A stretch of DNA of 63,951 nucleotides, counting the filler, from Octopus bimaculoides (Eukaryota): assembly GCF_001194135.2 (NCBI RefSeq). It is 11 parts of 9 records of this genome, joined end to end, with 100 filler letters (N's around TTAATTAATTAA, not from the genome) between each part and the next. Parts side by side here need not be neighbours in the genome. Positions count along the whole stretch, not along the records: positions 48,225 to 51,958 come from NC_068989.1; positions 52,059 to 59,302 come from NC_068989.1; positions 59,403 to 62,276 come from NC_068983.1; 8 more parts are not named here. One strand, written 5' to 3'. The notes below the pieces were generated by a model that saw only the letters and a program-made list of their open reading frames with translations, had not been told where the DNA came from and made no database searches. The translations under genes were made by a program, and so were the position numbers. This document shows, piece by piece, positions 49,390-61,954 of the stretch (position 1 is the first letter of the stretch; each line of letters begins with the position of its first letter).

Positions 49390-50660
49390 ATAGAAAGCCT
49401 ACCAAACTACATCCAGGTAATGCATCCCCACATCACCAGCATGAGGGAATGAAGAGTACAGGAGTATGAGGAATGAGAAAATATCCTCAATGTTGATACG
49501 ATGATGTGGTCAAATATCCAGCAACTTCGATGCCACAAATAATGATATCCAGGTTCTGTGTGGGCTCTGCAAGGATCATGAAGCGACCATTGATCCGGTG
49601 ATAGGACCACTGAAAAGACCGTTCTTCAGGGCCAACGTCTCCAGCAACTACAGAATTTACTGCCTCTCTATGATCGTACGCCCTCTGGTCAAAATGAACG
49701 CAACCACGCTTGCAGCCTGACGTGATGTATAATAGGCAGTATGGATGTAGAAACCCCATACCCATTCGTTGGTCTTAATTTTGCTGTGGAGAAATGTGTG
49801 GAGATGATCATCGAAAGCGATGCGGAGTTTCATAGTGTGGGCACAGAAGAACTGGACCGCCTCCTTAAACTTACATGTGACAAGGAGTACTTAGACGAAC
49901 TCGACCTTAGCTGTTTCTGCTCCCACTAGTTAAGTAAGAAGGAGATCCCTACAGTAACTTCAATGGTCAAAAACACCCCTAGAGAGAAAAGGAACAGGTG
50001 GACTAGAGTCATACGGACACCTGAAAACTACGTTCAGATGAAGGAAAAATTGTCGCACATGCAGTAGGTGCGAGTGCCAGTGTCACATTAAAGGGTCACA
50101 TGTTGAAGTTGAATAACAAGATATAAGCCATCGGTGTCAGTATCACTTGCGATGTGGCCAACCTATTTATGGTATGGTGGGATAGGAGACTTAAAGAAAG
50201 ATTAGCAGAGAGCTCCATAACCCTAACCATTCCGCTATGTGAATTATGTCAACAAAGTGGCTAAAACACCCCCACTAGACAGTATCTATGGACTAGAAGC
50301 TAGCACTATGGTGACCAGCCAGGAAATGAGCTAATTCCATGCACCAGAATAATAAAGAAAAGGTAGATTACCCTAGCAAGCACCCTAAACATAGGCTACC
50401 AGTCTTAGATAGGGAACATTGGTTGGGAACTAAGAATGATAAGGTTCAGATCCTTCATTCCCTCTATGGCAAACTCATGGCCTCATAGCGGACTTGGTGA
50501 GGGTGATGAGAAAACTGTCCCGCATGTGCGACCTAGCAGAATTGGAGAGAACACATACAACACTTCATCCACCGCATGCAGCTCCCTTGCTACAGCCAAA
50601 GGCTGTACGAATGAGCCAGAGCTAGGCACAAGGCCATCATAGAGAATGATGCAATGGGCT
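49390..50660 (+). mobile_element. Penelope-like element reverse transcriptase pseudogene
   Basis: Decayed but ordered PLE RT motifs: LCGLCKDH...GPLKRP, GSMDVETPYP, GHMLKLNNKI*..IGVSITCDVANLFMVWWDRRL, YVN (from YVDD), NSMHQ..KVDYPSKHPKHRLPVLD, ILHSLYGKLMAS, HFIHRMQLPCYSQ. Confidence 0.8.
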
Positions 50661-50881
50661 CTACGCGTTATATAGTCTACTTTATGTCCATTTCGCGCAT
50701 TGCAAGGTAACCTTTTGTCAATTTGAATGCTTTAGAAAATGTAAGTATCTATACGCTCTATGACGTCCATAGCACTCTTTTCAAATCTTTTAGCCTAACT
50801 TGCCTTAATTATGAGATTACCTTATATATATACCTACACACGCTCACACACACATACATGCATAAGTATGTGTACATACAT

Positions 50882-50918
<37 letters not shown>

Positions 50919-51904
50919 TGTGTGTGTATGCATGTATATATATACNNNNNNNNNNNNNNNNNNNNNNNNNNNNNNNNNNNNNNNNNNNNNNNNNNNNNNN
51001 NNNNNNNNNNNNNNNNNNNNNNNNNNNNNNNNNNNNNNNNNNNNNNNNNNNNNNNNNNNNNNNNNNNNNNNNNNNNNNNNNNNNNNNNNNNNNNNNNNNN
51101 NNNNNNNNNNNNNNNNNNNNNNNNNNNNNNNNNNNNNNNNNNNNNNNNNNNNNNNNNNNNNNNNNNNNNNNNNNNNNNNNNNNNNNNNNNNNNNNNNNNN
51201 NNNNNNNNNNNNNNNNNNNNNNNNNNNNNNNNNNNNNNNNNNNNNNNNNNNNNNNNNNNNNNNNNNNNNNNNNNNNNNNNNNNNNNNNNNNNNNNNNNNN
51301 NNNNATATATGAATATTTATATATGTATATATGTAATGTATGATATATATATATCAGTAGGTATGTATGTGTATGTGTGTGTGTGAGTGCGTATACACGT
51401 ATACGAGTGTAAACTCAGCCATAAGACGTTTATCAGGGAATCATTAAGTTTATAAACAATAAACACAACTATTGATAACAATCGCAACTGTACAAATACA
51501 TTACTGCACATCGAAGGATACCGTCTTGTTTCCAAACGAATTCATATGCAATCTCTAGTATAATATATCACTGTATACATACGGATGTATTAACAGAAAT
51601 GTGTTCGTGTGTGCACGGCTGTGTGTGACTGAGTGTCTTAGTTTGTAGTTGATAGATGTACTTCTGTGGTGAAATATATCGATGTACGCTTAGTGAGGCG
51701 TTCATAAAAACTGATTACATTGGACATAACTCAGTGGAGCGTTTAAGGAGCGTTTGCTTTCGCCCTTAGGGTAACGTGAGGGGCTACATAACAGACGTAG
51801 AATACTGATGATGATGATGATGATGATAATAAAAATAATAACAATAATATTAAAAATAATCTAGCTATATATATATGCATACATATGTGCGTGTGTGTAT
51901 ATAT

Positions 51905-51957
<53 letters not shown>

Positions 51958-52864
51958 TNNNNNNNNNNNNNNNNNNNNNNNNNNNNNNNNNNNNNNNNNN
52001 NNTTAATTAATTAANNNNNNNNNNNNNNNNNNNNNNNNNNNNNNNNNNNNNNNNNNNNTATATATATTCATGAATATACGTGTGTGTGTGTGTGTTTGAG
52101 TTATTTACATCATGATTTAGCCTTTTGGCAATAGGAAGCAACTGACGCGGGTCAAAATCTTAAAATGAGGACTGGAGTCGATTTGAATGACTAAACCTTT
52201 TGAAAGTAATTCACCAGCAATGCTGTAGACAAATAATTAGAACACGTAAAAGAATGAGGAAAATAATATGTATCTGTTAATTTCAGTGAGATGAATAGTG
52301 AAACTTCAACCCTGAGCGTGGTTTCATTTAATCCATTGTTCTCTAGACGTACAAGTGACAGAAACTTCCACACGTGTGATAGCCAGGATTTTTGCCTTAC
52401 ACTACCATTCTAATAGCTTTTTTTTCCTGCATCTATGTTGGAACACAGCTAAGGAATGACTCTGTGGTATTCGGCTTAAGAATTGTGACACGAACCTTTG
52501 AGCAGATATGGACTGATTTTTCGCTTCGCCTTCAGCTTTGAAAAACTGCACATTATTCTGTACGCTCTGCTTCGAATATTGGACGTGATATTGTGACACA
52601 TATCGGTCAGAGCTATCAGCAATTACTTTTTCACGCTGTTCGATAAGGGACAAAGACTTGGATGTACCCTTTTCACAGAGCTCTGTCAAGAAGACTCTTT
52701 CTCCACGAAGTAATTCATGTCTACAGCCGGTGTATCCGAGTTGTGGTCGTTGTGCTCTTGTTGTTAATTGTGTTGTTAAAATCATTCGAAAGAATGTTCT
52801 CATCTTTCTTGTTGTGAAACCTATACTCTACCGTGTAATTGGATTTGTTTTTCTTTTCTGTTTA

Positions 52865-52918
52865 TTATCCGTAAAATACGTGTTCGTTTTCGTTTGTCTT
52901 TTGGTAAACGTTTCTATA
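52865..52918 (-). CDS. Possible terminal coding exon of an unidentified gene (3' UTR extending toward ~52250)
   Basis: attattatttag|TAT AGA AAC GTT TAC CAA AAG ACA AAC GAA AAC GAA CAC GTA TTT TAC GGA TAA encodes YRNVYQKTNENEHVFYG*. It is phase 0 and followed by ~600 bp of unique sequence. Confidence 0.35.
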   Translation of the reverse strand, partial: YRNVYQKTNENEHVFYG

Positions 52919-53821
52919 CTAAATAATAATATTGTTAAATTACAAGTGGAAGAAAATGTCTGTTTTGCAAATTAAAACCAGCACCAGCACCAGCGCCAAC
53001 AGCACCGCCACCGCAGCCGCCGCCACCACCACCGCCACCACCAGGTTCAGTCCCACTGTACAGCACCTTGGACAAGTGCTTTCTATAGCCCCAGCCCGAC
53101 TAACGTATGCCTTGCCAGCGATTTTGTTAAGACAGAAACTGTGTAGAAATGCGTCATCTACTTACATACACACATCTATTAGCGAGCGCGCGTGCGTACG
53201 CTCTGTGTGTGTCTTTATGTTTGTCTCCACATTGCTTGACAACTAGTGTTGTTTTGACTATGTTCTCGTAATGTAGCAGTTCGGCAAAAGGGTCAGGATG
53301 AGTACTGAAAGCCTATTCGTTCGGTAATGCTTTTCATGGCGGCACCCAAGCATAGTTACAATCCAATGTCTAAAAAGCAAGTAAAAGTCTATGGCTCTGA
53401 TGAAGCTATAAAGTGTTGCTCAGGTACTCAACTGTGAGTTCATCGCATCTTATGGAAAGAACTGTAAGCTAGTGAATTGCATAAGATAATCATTTATTCT
53501 TTTGTCATCTTTTTTTTTTTTTTATCGCTCGGTACGCGACTAGCGCTTCGTTCAGAAGCATACGTACATCAAGTTCTACACCATGTTATTAGTATTGCAA
53601 TGCCTAAGCGAAATATTAAGATACATATAGAGGAATATCGTACACAAACACACACACACACACACACACAAATATATATATAAATATTTTTTTTCTGTTC
53701 CTTCCCACACGGATCCGGGCTCTAAGGGTGAATAAGAGTAAAAGGTGAAATATAAAAGAATAAACAGTGAGAATGAGAAATTTAATCGAGTAAAAGAGTA
53801 GGAGTCAACCAAACAATGTCT

Positions 53822-56100
53822 GTATGTCATTGTTCAGTTTTATTTCAAGATTTCTTGCTAAAAAGGCGGCGAGCTGGCAGAAACGTTAGCACGCCGGGCT
53901 AAATGCTTAACGGTATTTTGTCTGGCTTTACGTTCTGAGTTCAAATTCAGGCAAGGTCGACTTTGCTTTTCATCCTTTCCGGGTCGATAAATTAAGTACC
54001 AGTTACGCACTGAGGTCGATGTATTCGACTTAATCCCTTTGTTTGTCCTTGTTTGTTCCCTCTATGTTTAGATCCTTGTGGGTAATAAAGAAATAAGAAA
54101 CGTTAGCACGCCGGGTTAAATGCTTAGCGGTATTTTGCCTGTCTTTACGTTCTGGGTTCAAATTCAGGCAAGGTCGACTTTGCTTTTCATCTTTTCGGGG
54201 TCGATAAATTAAGTACCAGTTGCGTACTGGGGTCGATCTAATCGACTGGCCCCTTCCCCCAAGATTTCGGGCCTTGTGCCTAGAGTAGAAAAGATTTCTT
54301 GCCAATAGAGAAAAGCCCAGTTTCTAACATAGATTCAAGGGCCCTTCATTGGAATTTCAACATCAACAACAGAGTATTTTTGTATGTATGTATGTATATG
54401 TGCAGATTTGTATGTTTTGCTTTATGCATGCATTCTCATGCATNNNNNNNNNNATATATTTAAATGATAAACTTCTGGAAAGTTTTACAGATTTTTACAG
54501 TTCCAGTGATGGATTGGATCTGTAGTCTTCGAATTAGCTATCTCCTTTCTGGTTTTGAGAAGCCTAATTTCTCAAAATTGGTATTTAAGCAGCGTGTTAC
54601 ATATCGCAGGGCCCCAATAATTACAGGTGTAAATATGAACTTGTAATCTGGATAGAGTAACTGCAGATTTCTCAATAGTTCAGCATAAGTGTTTTCTTTT
54701 TCACTGATCTTCAGTTTTATGTTAACATCTGCTGGGCAGCTAATTTCCACAACTGTGCACATTTTCCCTTCTCTATCCCAAATCATTATTTCAGGTCTGT
54801 TGTGCTTACATTTTATTGAGGTCTTCTCTGGGACATTCCACCAATATTCCTTTTTATTATGAGTGGCAATAGCTTCTGCCATACTGTGAGTTCTTATTTC
54901 TTTGTCCCTAGGGTTATCCTTTCGACAGATTTCAATATAGAATGTCCTAGTTACAGCATCACGTTTCATCGGTAGATAATACCGTGATGGCATTTTCGGA
55001 CAGCTGTTTATGATGTGGGTGATATCTTCGGTGTTAACTCCCCAAAGTCTGCATCAGTTGTCACATTTTACTGCTTTTCTTGTATCTCTATTCCTTTTGT
55101 GCATCAGATATTTGGTTGATATTTCCTGTTCCTGAATTGCTTTAAAATGGGAGATTGTAATCTGGCTATTGGTCCATGACAAACTGCTTTCATGATCAAT
55201 GTTACTATCATCTCGGAGCTTTCTACAAACATATCCATATATAGTCTTCTGCTAATATAGGCTCATCCTTTCGTCTGACGATACGTTGCGGTAGAGTCGT
55301 GCGATTTATTCGGGCATGTATTCTAGGTTATCAGACAAGGAATGTTGCGCAAGGAGATCCCTTCCAAATCTTATGATGTTATCAGCCTCATGTATGCAAA
55401 CTCGGTCAAGGGATGCACTTCGACACTTGGTAGTAAAAAATGTTGCCGAGGGGATATGATACGACATTCAAAGGCATTTTGTACCGATGTTAAGCCTCTG
55501 CCGCCTTGTTTTCGTTTTTGGACAGAAGCAGCATACGTCACTGTTTCTGTGGAAATTATGTGTGCTTGTTAGTATTTTTCAGGTTTTCACAAAAACGGCT
55601 CTGATCTTATCAAGCATCCAATCAAGCAGCCCAAATGTTGGTATGAGTACTGGCACTACAAACACACTGTGGTCCACTGTTTTATTGAATGCAGAGTGTT
55701 CTGAGGTCTTTATTCGGCTGTAAATATTCTTTAGAGACACATCCTTTGTCACAGGTGCCATTGTAAGATATGTTTTCATCCACCCCTAGATACCTGTAAC
55801 ATTCCTCATCAGATATAGGGGAAACAGTCAAATCATTAATGGAGATGTTGCTAGTCTGGTTTATAGTTTGTATGTATGTATGTATGTATGTATGTATTAT
55901 GTGTATGTGTGTGTGCGTTTNNNNNNNNNNNNNNNNNNNNNNNNNNNNNNNNNNNTAAATATTCTTTAGAGACACATCCTTTGTCACAGGTGCCATTGTA
56001 AGATATGTTTTCATCCACCCCTAGATACCTGTAACATTCCTCATCAGATATAGGGGAAACAGTCAAATCATTAATGGAGATGTTGCTAGTCTGGTTTATA
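53822..56100 (-). mobile_element. R4/Dong/HERO-like LINE (RT thumb, CCHC, REL, 3' UTR) with a SINE dimer inserted in its 3' UTR
   Basis: ISDEECYRYLGVDENISY, DHSVFVVPVLIPTFGLLDW, EYWWNVP...KHNRPEIMIWD...VVEISCPAD..EKENTYAELLRNLQLLYPDYKF..VIIGAL. Confidence 0.85.
53859..54290 (+). mobile_element. Dimeric SINE (family B) insertion with a 12-bp target-site duplication
   Basis: TSD AAGATTTCTTGC at 53847-53858 and 54291-54302. Two monomers are separated by a CTTTGTTTGTCCTTGTTTG module. Confidence 0.9.
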
Positions 56101-56351
56101 GTTTGTATGTATGTATGTATGTATGTATGTATGTATGTATGTATTATGTGTATGTGTGTGTGCGTTTGTGCACCAATACAAGTGACTCCAGAGTATATTC
56201 TACGTGTAGGCAAGTTCTTTAGATGCAGTCGTGGCCGGAGGGATGGGATAAGACGTTCCCACTCCTCTTCTCTCATTCCCCTTCTCTGTCTCTCACACGC
56301 ATACACACTCATATATAGACACACACATACACTCACTATAGTACAACATAC

Positions 56352-56381
56352 CAAACGGTCAAGTGAAACGATCCCTCGAAG
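56352..56381 (-). CDS. Possible 30-nt internal exon of an unidentified gene
   Basis: cactaag|CTT CGA GGG ATC GTT TCA CTT GAC CGT TTG|gtatgt encodes LRGIVSLDRL, phase 0-0. The donor is strong but the AAG acceptor is uncommon. Confidence 0.35.
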
Positions 56382-58439
56382 CTTAGTGCACGGCAACAAA
56401 GAGCAACAACTATAACAAGAACAACAACAGAATGAAGAGGGAGGAGGAGGAAGGTGACGGTGAGAGGAGGGTGATGATGATGAGGGGAGAAGAGACGTGG
56501 GATGGAAAGAAGAAAGAAAGGATATGTAGAGGGGAAAAAAGAGGGATTGGAGTAGAAGTAGAAGTGGTATGTGATGGAGTGGGAGTGGGGAGGTGGGAGA
56601 GATGAGGGAGTGGTTAATCGGGATGGAAAGTAGAAACATGGGATGGAGAGAACAGAATGGGGTCAGAAATGCTAACAATGATACGCGCACACGCGCATAC
56701 ACACTCACCCTCGCACACACACACACACACACACACACGCACGCACGCACACACACGAACACACGCACACACATACACACTCGCNNNNNNNNNNCACACG
56801 CACACACGCACACACATACACACTCGCGCGCACGCACACACACGCGCACACACACAGACACACACACTCGCACAGAGACACACGCCCACATATATAGTAG
56901 ATACTTAAGGGACACGTAGATACGTAAGATCCGTGTACACACACTTACATATACATGCACACGCGCACACATACATATACATGCACACATATACATGCGC
57001 GCACATACATGCATATACATGCACACATATGCGCACACACACATATAAACACATTCCACGTTTTGTGAATGGGAGTAACGGTGAGAACGAGATACCAATT
57101 TTTGGGAAATTCTTATCTTATTTCTTTACTGCCCACAAGGGGCTACACACAAAGGGGACAAACAAGGACAGACAAACGGATTAAGTCGATTATATCGACT
57201 CCAGTGCGTAACTGGTACTTATTTAATCGACCCCGAAAGGATGAAAGGCTAAGTCTACTTCGGCAGAATTTGAACTCAGAACGTAGAGGCAGACAAAATA
57301 CCGCTAAGCATTTCGCCCGGCGTGCAAACGTTTCTGCCAGCTCACCATCTTATCTTGAAACGTTTTTAGTCGAACAAATCGAACCCCAATATTTTTTATT
57401 TTTTTAGTCTGGTATCTATNNNNNNNNNNNNNNNNNNNNNNNNNNNNNNNNNNNNNNNNNNNNNNNNNNNNNNNNNNNNNNNNNNNNNNNNNNNNNNNNN
57501 NNNNNNNNNNNNNNNNNNNNNNNNNNNNNNNNNNNNNNNNNNNNNNNNNNNNNNNNNNNNNNNNNNNNNNNNNNNNNNNNNNNNNNNNNNNNNNNNNNNN
57601 NNNNNNNNNNNNNNNNNNNNNNNNNNNNNNNNNNNNNNNNNNNNNNNNNNNNNNNNNNNNNNNNNNNNNNNNNNNNNNNNNNNNNNNNNNNNNNNNNNNN
57701 NNNNNNNNNNNNATATATATATATATATAAGCCCGTGCTCTTGTGTTTTAGGTGAAAAGCAATAGTGAAACTATATGTGTTAGGGCCCCTGAGGTGTATA
57801 GAGAAGACAACCAGCGTAGTTCGAACTCGCCTTTAGATGGCATATAAAGTAAGTTTCTGCCGTACTCAAATATTTGGAAAATACGATGAATCCCCTCAGA
57901 AGTGAAAATATTCCACAAATAGGTGTAGATATGGCTGTTCGATGAAGAGTTTCGCTTTGCAAGCATGAAGTTGCGGGTTTGCTCGTAAAGCGCGACTCCT
58001 TGAACAACTGTGTTTTGCCAGAGCCTCGTATTAAACAATACTTTCTCAGGGAATTTTGGCAGAGAGGAAATTGTGTATGCCATCATACATTGAGACATGG
58101 ATACACACACTTTCAGCTTTACATCTATTATTATTGGGGCAACAGGATACATAACCAACCCGCCTGGAACATAGTATGGCTGAACTTGTTCTTGGGGAGG
58201 GAGTGCAACTCCTTAATTCATACATTACAAATGATAATGATATCTGGGGCAATTGAAGCTTGCAAGGATGTCTTAAGATTTAAAGGATGCTTTTCTTCAC
58301 AACCATGCTATGAAGCTGGCGGCCAGTTAACATTAACTTTAAACTAAAAAGAGAAAAGGAAAGCCATGCATATATACATACACAGAGAAGTGTGTGCGCG
58401 CGTGTATATAGTCAATTCAAATAAGCGAATAATAAAATT

Positions 58440-58600
58440 AACAATAACAGACAACAAGAGGACGTGCACAAGGAATGTATTAGTTTGATAGTCAGTAAAA
58501 AGAGAGACTGTTTGACGTTTCGAGCAAAGCTCTCTGTCGGAAAGGAGAAAGAAAAAAGTCCAAAGAAAGAAAAGAAATCGCCAACAGTTCGTGTGTAGTT
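58440..58600 (-). mobile_element. Penelope-like pLTR remnant with a degenerate hammerhead
   Basis: Minus strand 58544-58510 reads CTTT-CCGACAGA-GAGC(TTT)GCTC-GAAA-CGT-C-AAAC. Stem II, GAAA and the ACGT palindrome are present, but the CUGANGA core is damaged. Confidence 0.45.
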
Positions 58601-59171
58601 ACAGTGCTGAAGTGTGTGTGTGTGTGTAGTTGTGTATGTGTGTGTAGTTGTGTATGTGTGTGTATACGACGAGTTTCTTTCAGTTTCCGTCTACCAAATC
58701 CACTTGTAAGGCTTTTATCGATTCGAGGTTATAGTAGATTCTACTATAGTAGAAGATACACACGCACACGCACGCACACACACACACATACATACACACA
58801 TACATACACAGACACACAGATACATATTTAAACAATGATATATACGTTTAATAACAATGACAAGCGTATTTCAGTATATATAGACACACACATACATACA
58901 GTCTTGTTAGTATATGTGTACGTAAAGATGTTAATAATAACTGAAGGTAGAGGGCGCAACAGGCCGAGAGGAAATTGGAAAAAAAGAGCTTTTTTAATCA
59001 ATTCAACCCAGTCCACATCACTGATTTTCTAAGGACTTTCCAATGAAGAAAAGAAAAAGGAAACCAAAGTAGGTGCAGATGGACGGTCAATATGGTTATT
59101 GTCGGACAATCGTGGTCGGTCAGTTATTTATCTAGAATAGTTTTCAAACCAAGCAATATAACAAGTCTCAC

Positions 59172-59224
59172 CTTCCACATCTTAAGGGTGTTGACAATGT
59201 ACTCCTTGTCGATAGGGAACACGG
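59172..59224 (-). CDS. Probable internal exon of an unidentified gene
   Basis: actcacgcag|CC GTG TTC CCT ATC GAC AAG GAG TAC ATT GTC AAC ACC CTT AAG ATG TGG AAG|gtgaga encodes VFPIDKEYIVNTLKMWK. It is 53 nt, phase 1 to 0, with strong C/G third-position bias in AT-rich context. Confidence 0.55.
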
Positions 59225-59256
59225 CTGCGTGAGTGTACGCGCGTGCATATGGTGTG

Positions 59257-59302
<46 letters not shown>

Positions 59303-59430
59303 NNNNNNNNNNNNNNNNNNNNNNNNNNNNNNNNNNNNNNNNNNNNTTAATTAATTAANNNNNNNNNNNNNNNNNNNNNNNNNNNNNNNNNNNNNNNNNN
59401 NNATATATATATATATATACAAGCGTATAA

Positions 59431-59862
59431 AGGCATGGCTATGTGGTAAGAAGCTTGCTTACCAACCACATGGTTCTGGGTTCAGTCCCACTGTGTGGCA
59501 TCTTGGGCAAGTGTCTTCAACTATAGCCTCGGGCCGACCAAAGCCTTGTGAGTGAATCTGATAGACAGAAACTGTAAGAAGCCTGTCGTATATATATATA
59601 TATATATACAACAGGCTTCTTACAGTTTCTGTCTGTATATATGTATATATATGTATGTATTTGTTTGTCCTCCACCATCGCTTGACAGCCATGTTGGTGT
59701 GTTTACGCCGCCGTAACATAGCGGTTCGGTAAAAGAGGCCCGATAGAATAAGTACTAGGCTCACAAAGAATAAGTCCTGGGGTCGATTTGTTCGACTAAA
59801 AGGCGGTGCTCCAGCACGGCCATAGTTAAATGACTGAAACAAGTAAAAGAATAAAAGATATA
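59431..59862 (+). mobile_element. tRNA-derived SINE (family A), full length, with an internal fold-back duplication
   Basis: Complete head-body-tail, containing a 72-bp palindrome at 59563-59634. Confidence 0.9.
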
Positions 59863-60145
59863 AATATATATATAAAGGTAATGACGGTGTCATTAAGTTA
59901 GGCTGTTAAGCTATGCAAGAAACGTGTCGTAGAAGTGAGAGTGAGAGAGTAATAGAGTGAATGAGAGAGAGAGAGAAAGAAAGAAAGAAAGAAAGAGAGA
60001 ACACGATGAGAATTGCAAAGCAAATGTTTTTTTGGTGGCTGTGAGAGCCCTTTTAAGAAATACCAGCACTGATACAATATTAAAGCGATAGCGGCAACAG
60101 CAGCAGCAGCAGCAGCAACATTATCTGTGGCAGTGATGGTGGTAG

Positions 60146-60209
<64 letters not shown>

Positions 60210-60568
60210 ATAAATATATATATATACATATATATCTGTATAACCACGGAAAGAGGGAGTGGGAGGGAGATTGAGTGCAGTCGTTGTATATTAGTCTCAG
60301 TAAGTATTGTTGTTGTTGTGTGAGATGAGTGTGGGAGGGGAGGAACGGCAGGTCGCTCTTTGCCTTATGTTGCGTGTGTGTATGTACACAAACACATACA
60401 TACATATATATATATATATATTTATATATGCATATATATGAATGTATTTATATATGTATATATATATATACATCAATGTATTTATATATATATATGAATG
60501 TATTTATATATGTATATATATATATACATGAATGTATTTATATATATATATGAATGTATTTATATATG

Positions 60569-60599
<31 letters not shown>

Positions 60600-61043
60600 G
60601 TATTTATATACCTCTATGTATATGTTTATATAAACATATTTGAGAGAGCATGCGTATGTGCATATATATATATGTGTGTGTGTGTGTGTGCGTCATACAT
60701 ATACATGCATATATGTGTGGGTATATATATATACACACTCACAAACATATATATATGTGCATCATACATATACATACATATAACAGAGAGAGAGAGAAAG
60801 ACGTACTACATATGTATCGACATTTATATACATATGCAAAATGTGTGTGTATGTATATAAGCATATATATATATTATTTATTATTTGTTTTATATATATA
60901 TACACACATATAAAGCGCACACACACACACACACACACACACANNNNNNNNNNNNNNNNNNNNNNNNNNNNNNNNNNNNNNNNNNNNNNNNNNNNNNNNN
61001 NNNNNNNNNNNNNNNNNNNNNNNNNNNNNNNNNNNNNNNNNNN

Positions 61044-61076
<33 letters not shown>

Positions 61077-61192
61077 AACATGAACATGAGACATAAGTAT
61101 ACTTATATATGATTCATCGAGCGGCTAGAAAGAGCAGCTAATCTTCCTCATATCATTCCCAACAGTCAGATAATATATATTGCTATACATAC

Positions 61193-61230
61193 TCTCATCA
61201 AAGGGTTGGTCTTGGCATCAAAGTGTTGGT
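61193..61230 (-). CDS. Possible 38-nt internal exon of an unidentified gene
   Basis: gtcatatctag|AC CAA CAC TTT GAT GCC AAG ACC AAC CCT TTG ATG AGA|gtatgt encodes (D)QHFDAKTNPLMR, phase 1 to 0. Confidence 0.4.
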
Positions 61231-61268
61231 CTAGATATGACGCAGTGTGTGCGTGCGTGCGTGTGTGC

Positions 61269-61303
<35 letters not shown>

Positions 61304-61891
61304 GGAGAGAGGGTGTCCACAACATGCACGCACATAAATTTGAAGGCGAATTACCCTTACAACTATGAACCAATATATATTTACTATTTCAATTTCTACA
61401 AGATTTTGAACACGAAAATATACGTGCCAATGCGACAAACATGGAATGGTCAAATGCCATAAGGAATAAACCGATTCTTAGACTGGTTCTTGTCAAACCA
61501 AGAAACACAGAAAGTCAAAAATAAACATCGGTTTTGCTGCTCCTTAACGAAAAGGGTGACTGACGACAAGAAATATAAATAGAATTGAGTTTCATGATGA
61601 TGATGGTGGTGGTGGTGGTGGTGGAAGAAATACTTAGGGACGCCTGCTGCATGTGGAAAACTATCACAATGTTATGAGTTAAGATAGACAGCAACACACA
61701 CGGTAGGTAGATAAGTAGACAGATAAGCAGGAAGTAAGAAATACAGAAAGATTTTATACATACATACATATATATGTATTGTTTCGCGTTATATATATAC
61801 ATATATACACAATACAAACACGTACAGGCATATAGACAGATGGATAGACAGATAGATTGACAGATAGATAGATAGACAAACAGATTAGATT

Positions 61892-61954
<63 letters not shown>

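Noticed and set aside
52402-52803. 133-aa minus-strand ORF (MRTFFRMILTT...) as a standalone gene
   Set aside because: It has no recognisable domain, about one such ORF is expected by chance in a window this size (rough estimate), and the region fits better as the 3' UTR of the candidate exon chain.
53535-53600. Coding-like stretch RFVQKHTYIKFYTM on the plus strand
   Set aside because: There is no convincing splice donor and no supporting neighbours.
55765-55815. CTGATGA...GAAA on the minus strand (also at ~56000-56050)
   Set aside because: It is coding sequence of the LINE RT (SDEECYRYLGVDEN) and has no helices.
55721-56168. ~200-bp direct duplication (55721-55920 and 55956-56168)
   Set aside because: The copies are identical except for microsatellite length and flank a short N gap. 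This is typical of an assembly overlap or haplotype artefact.
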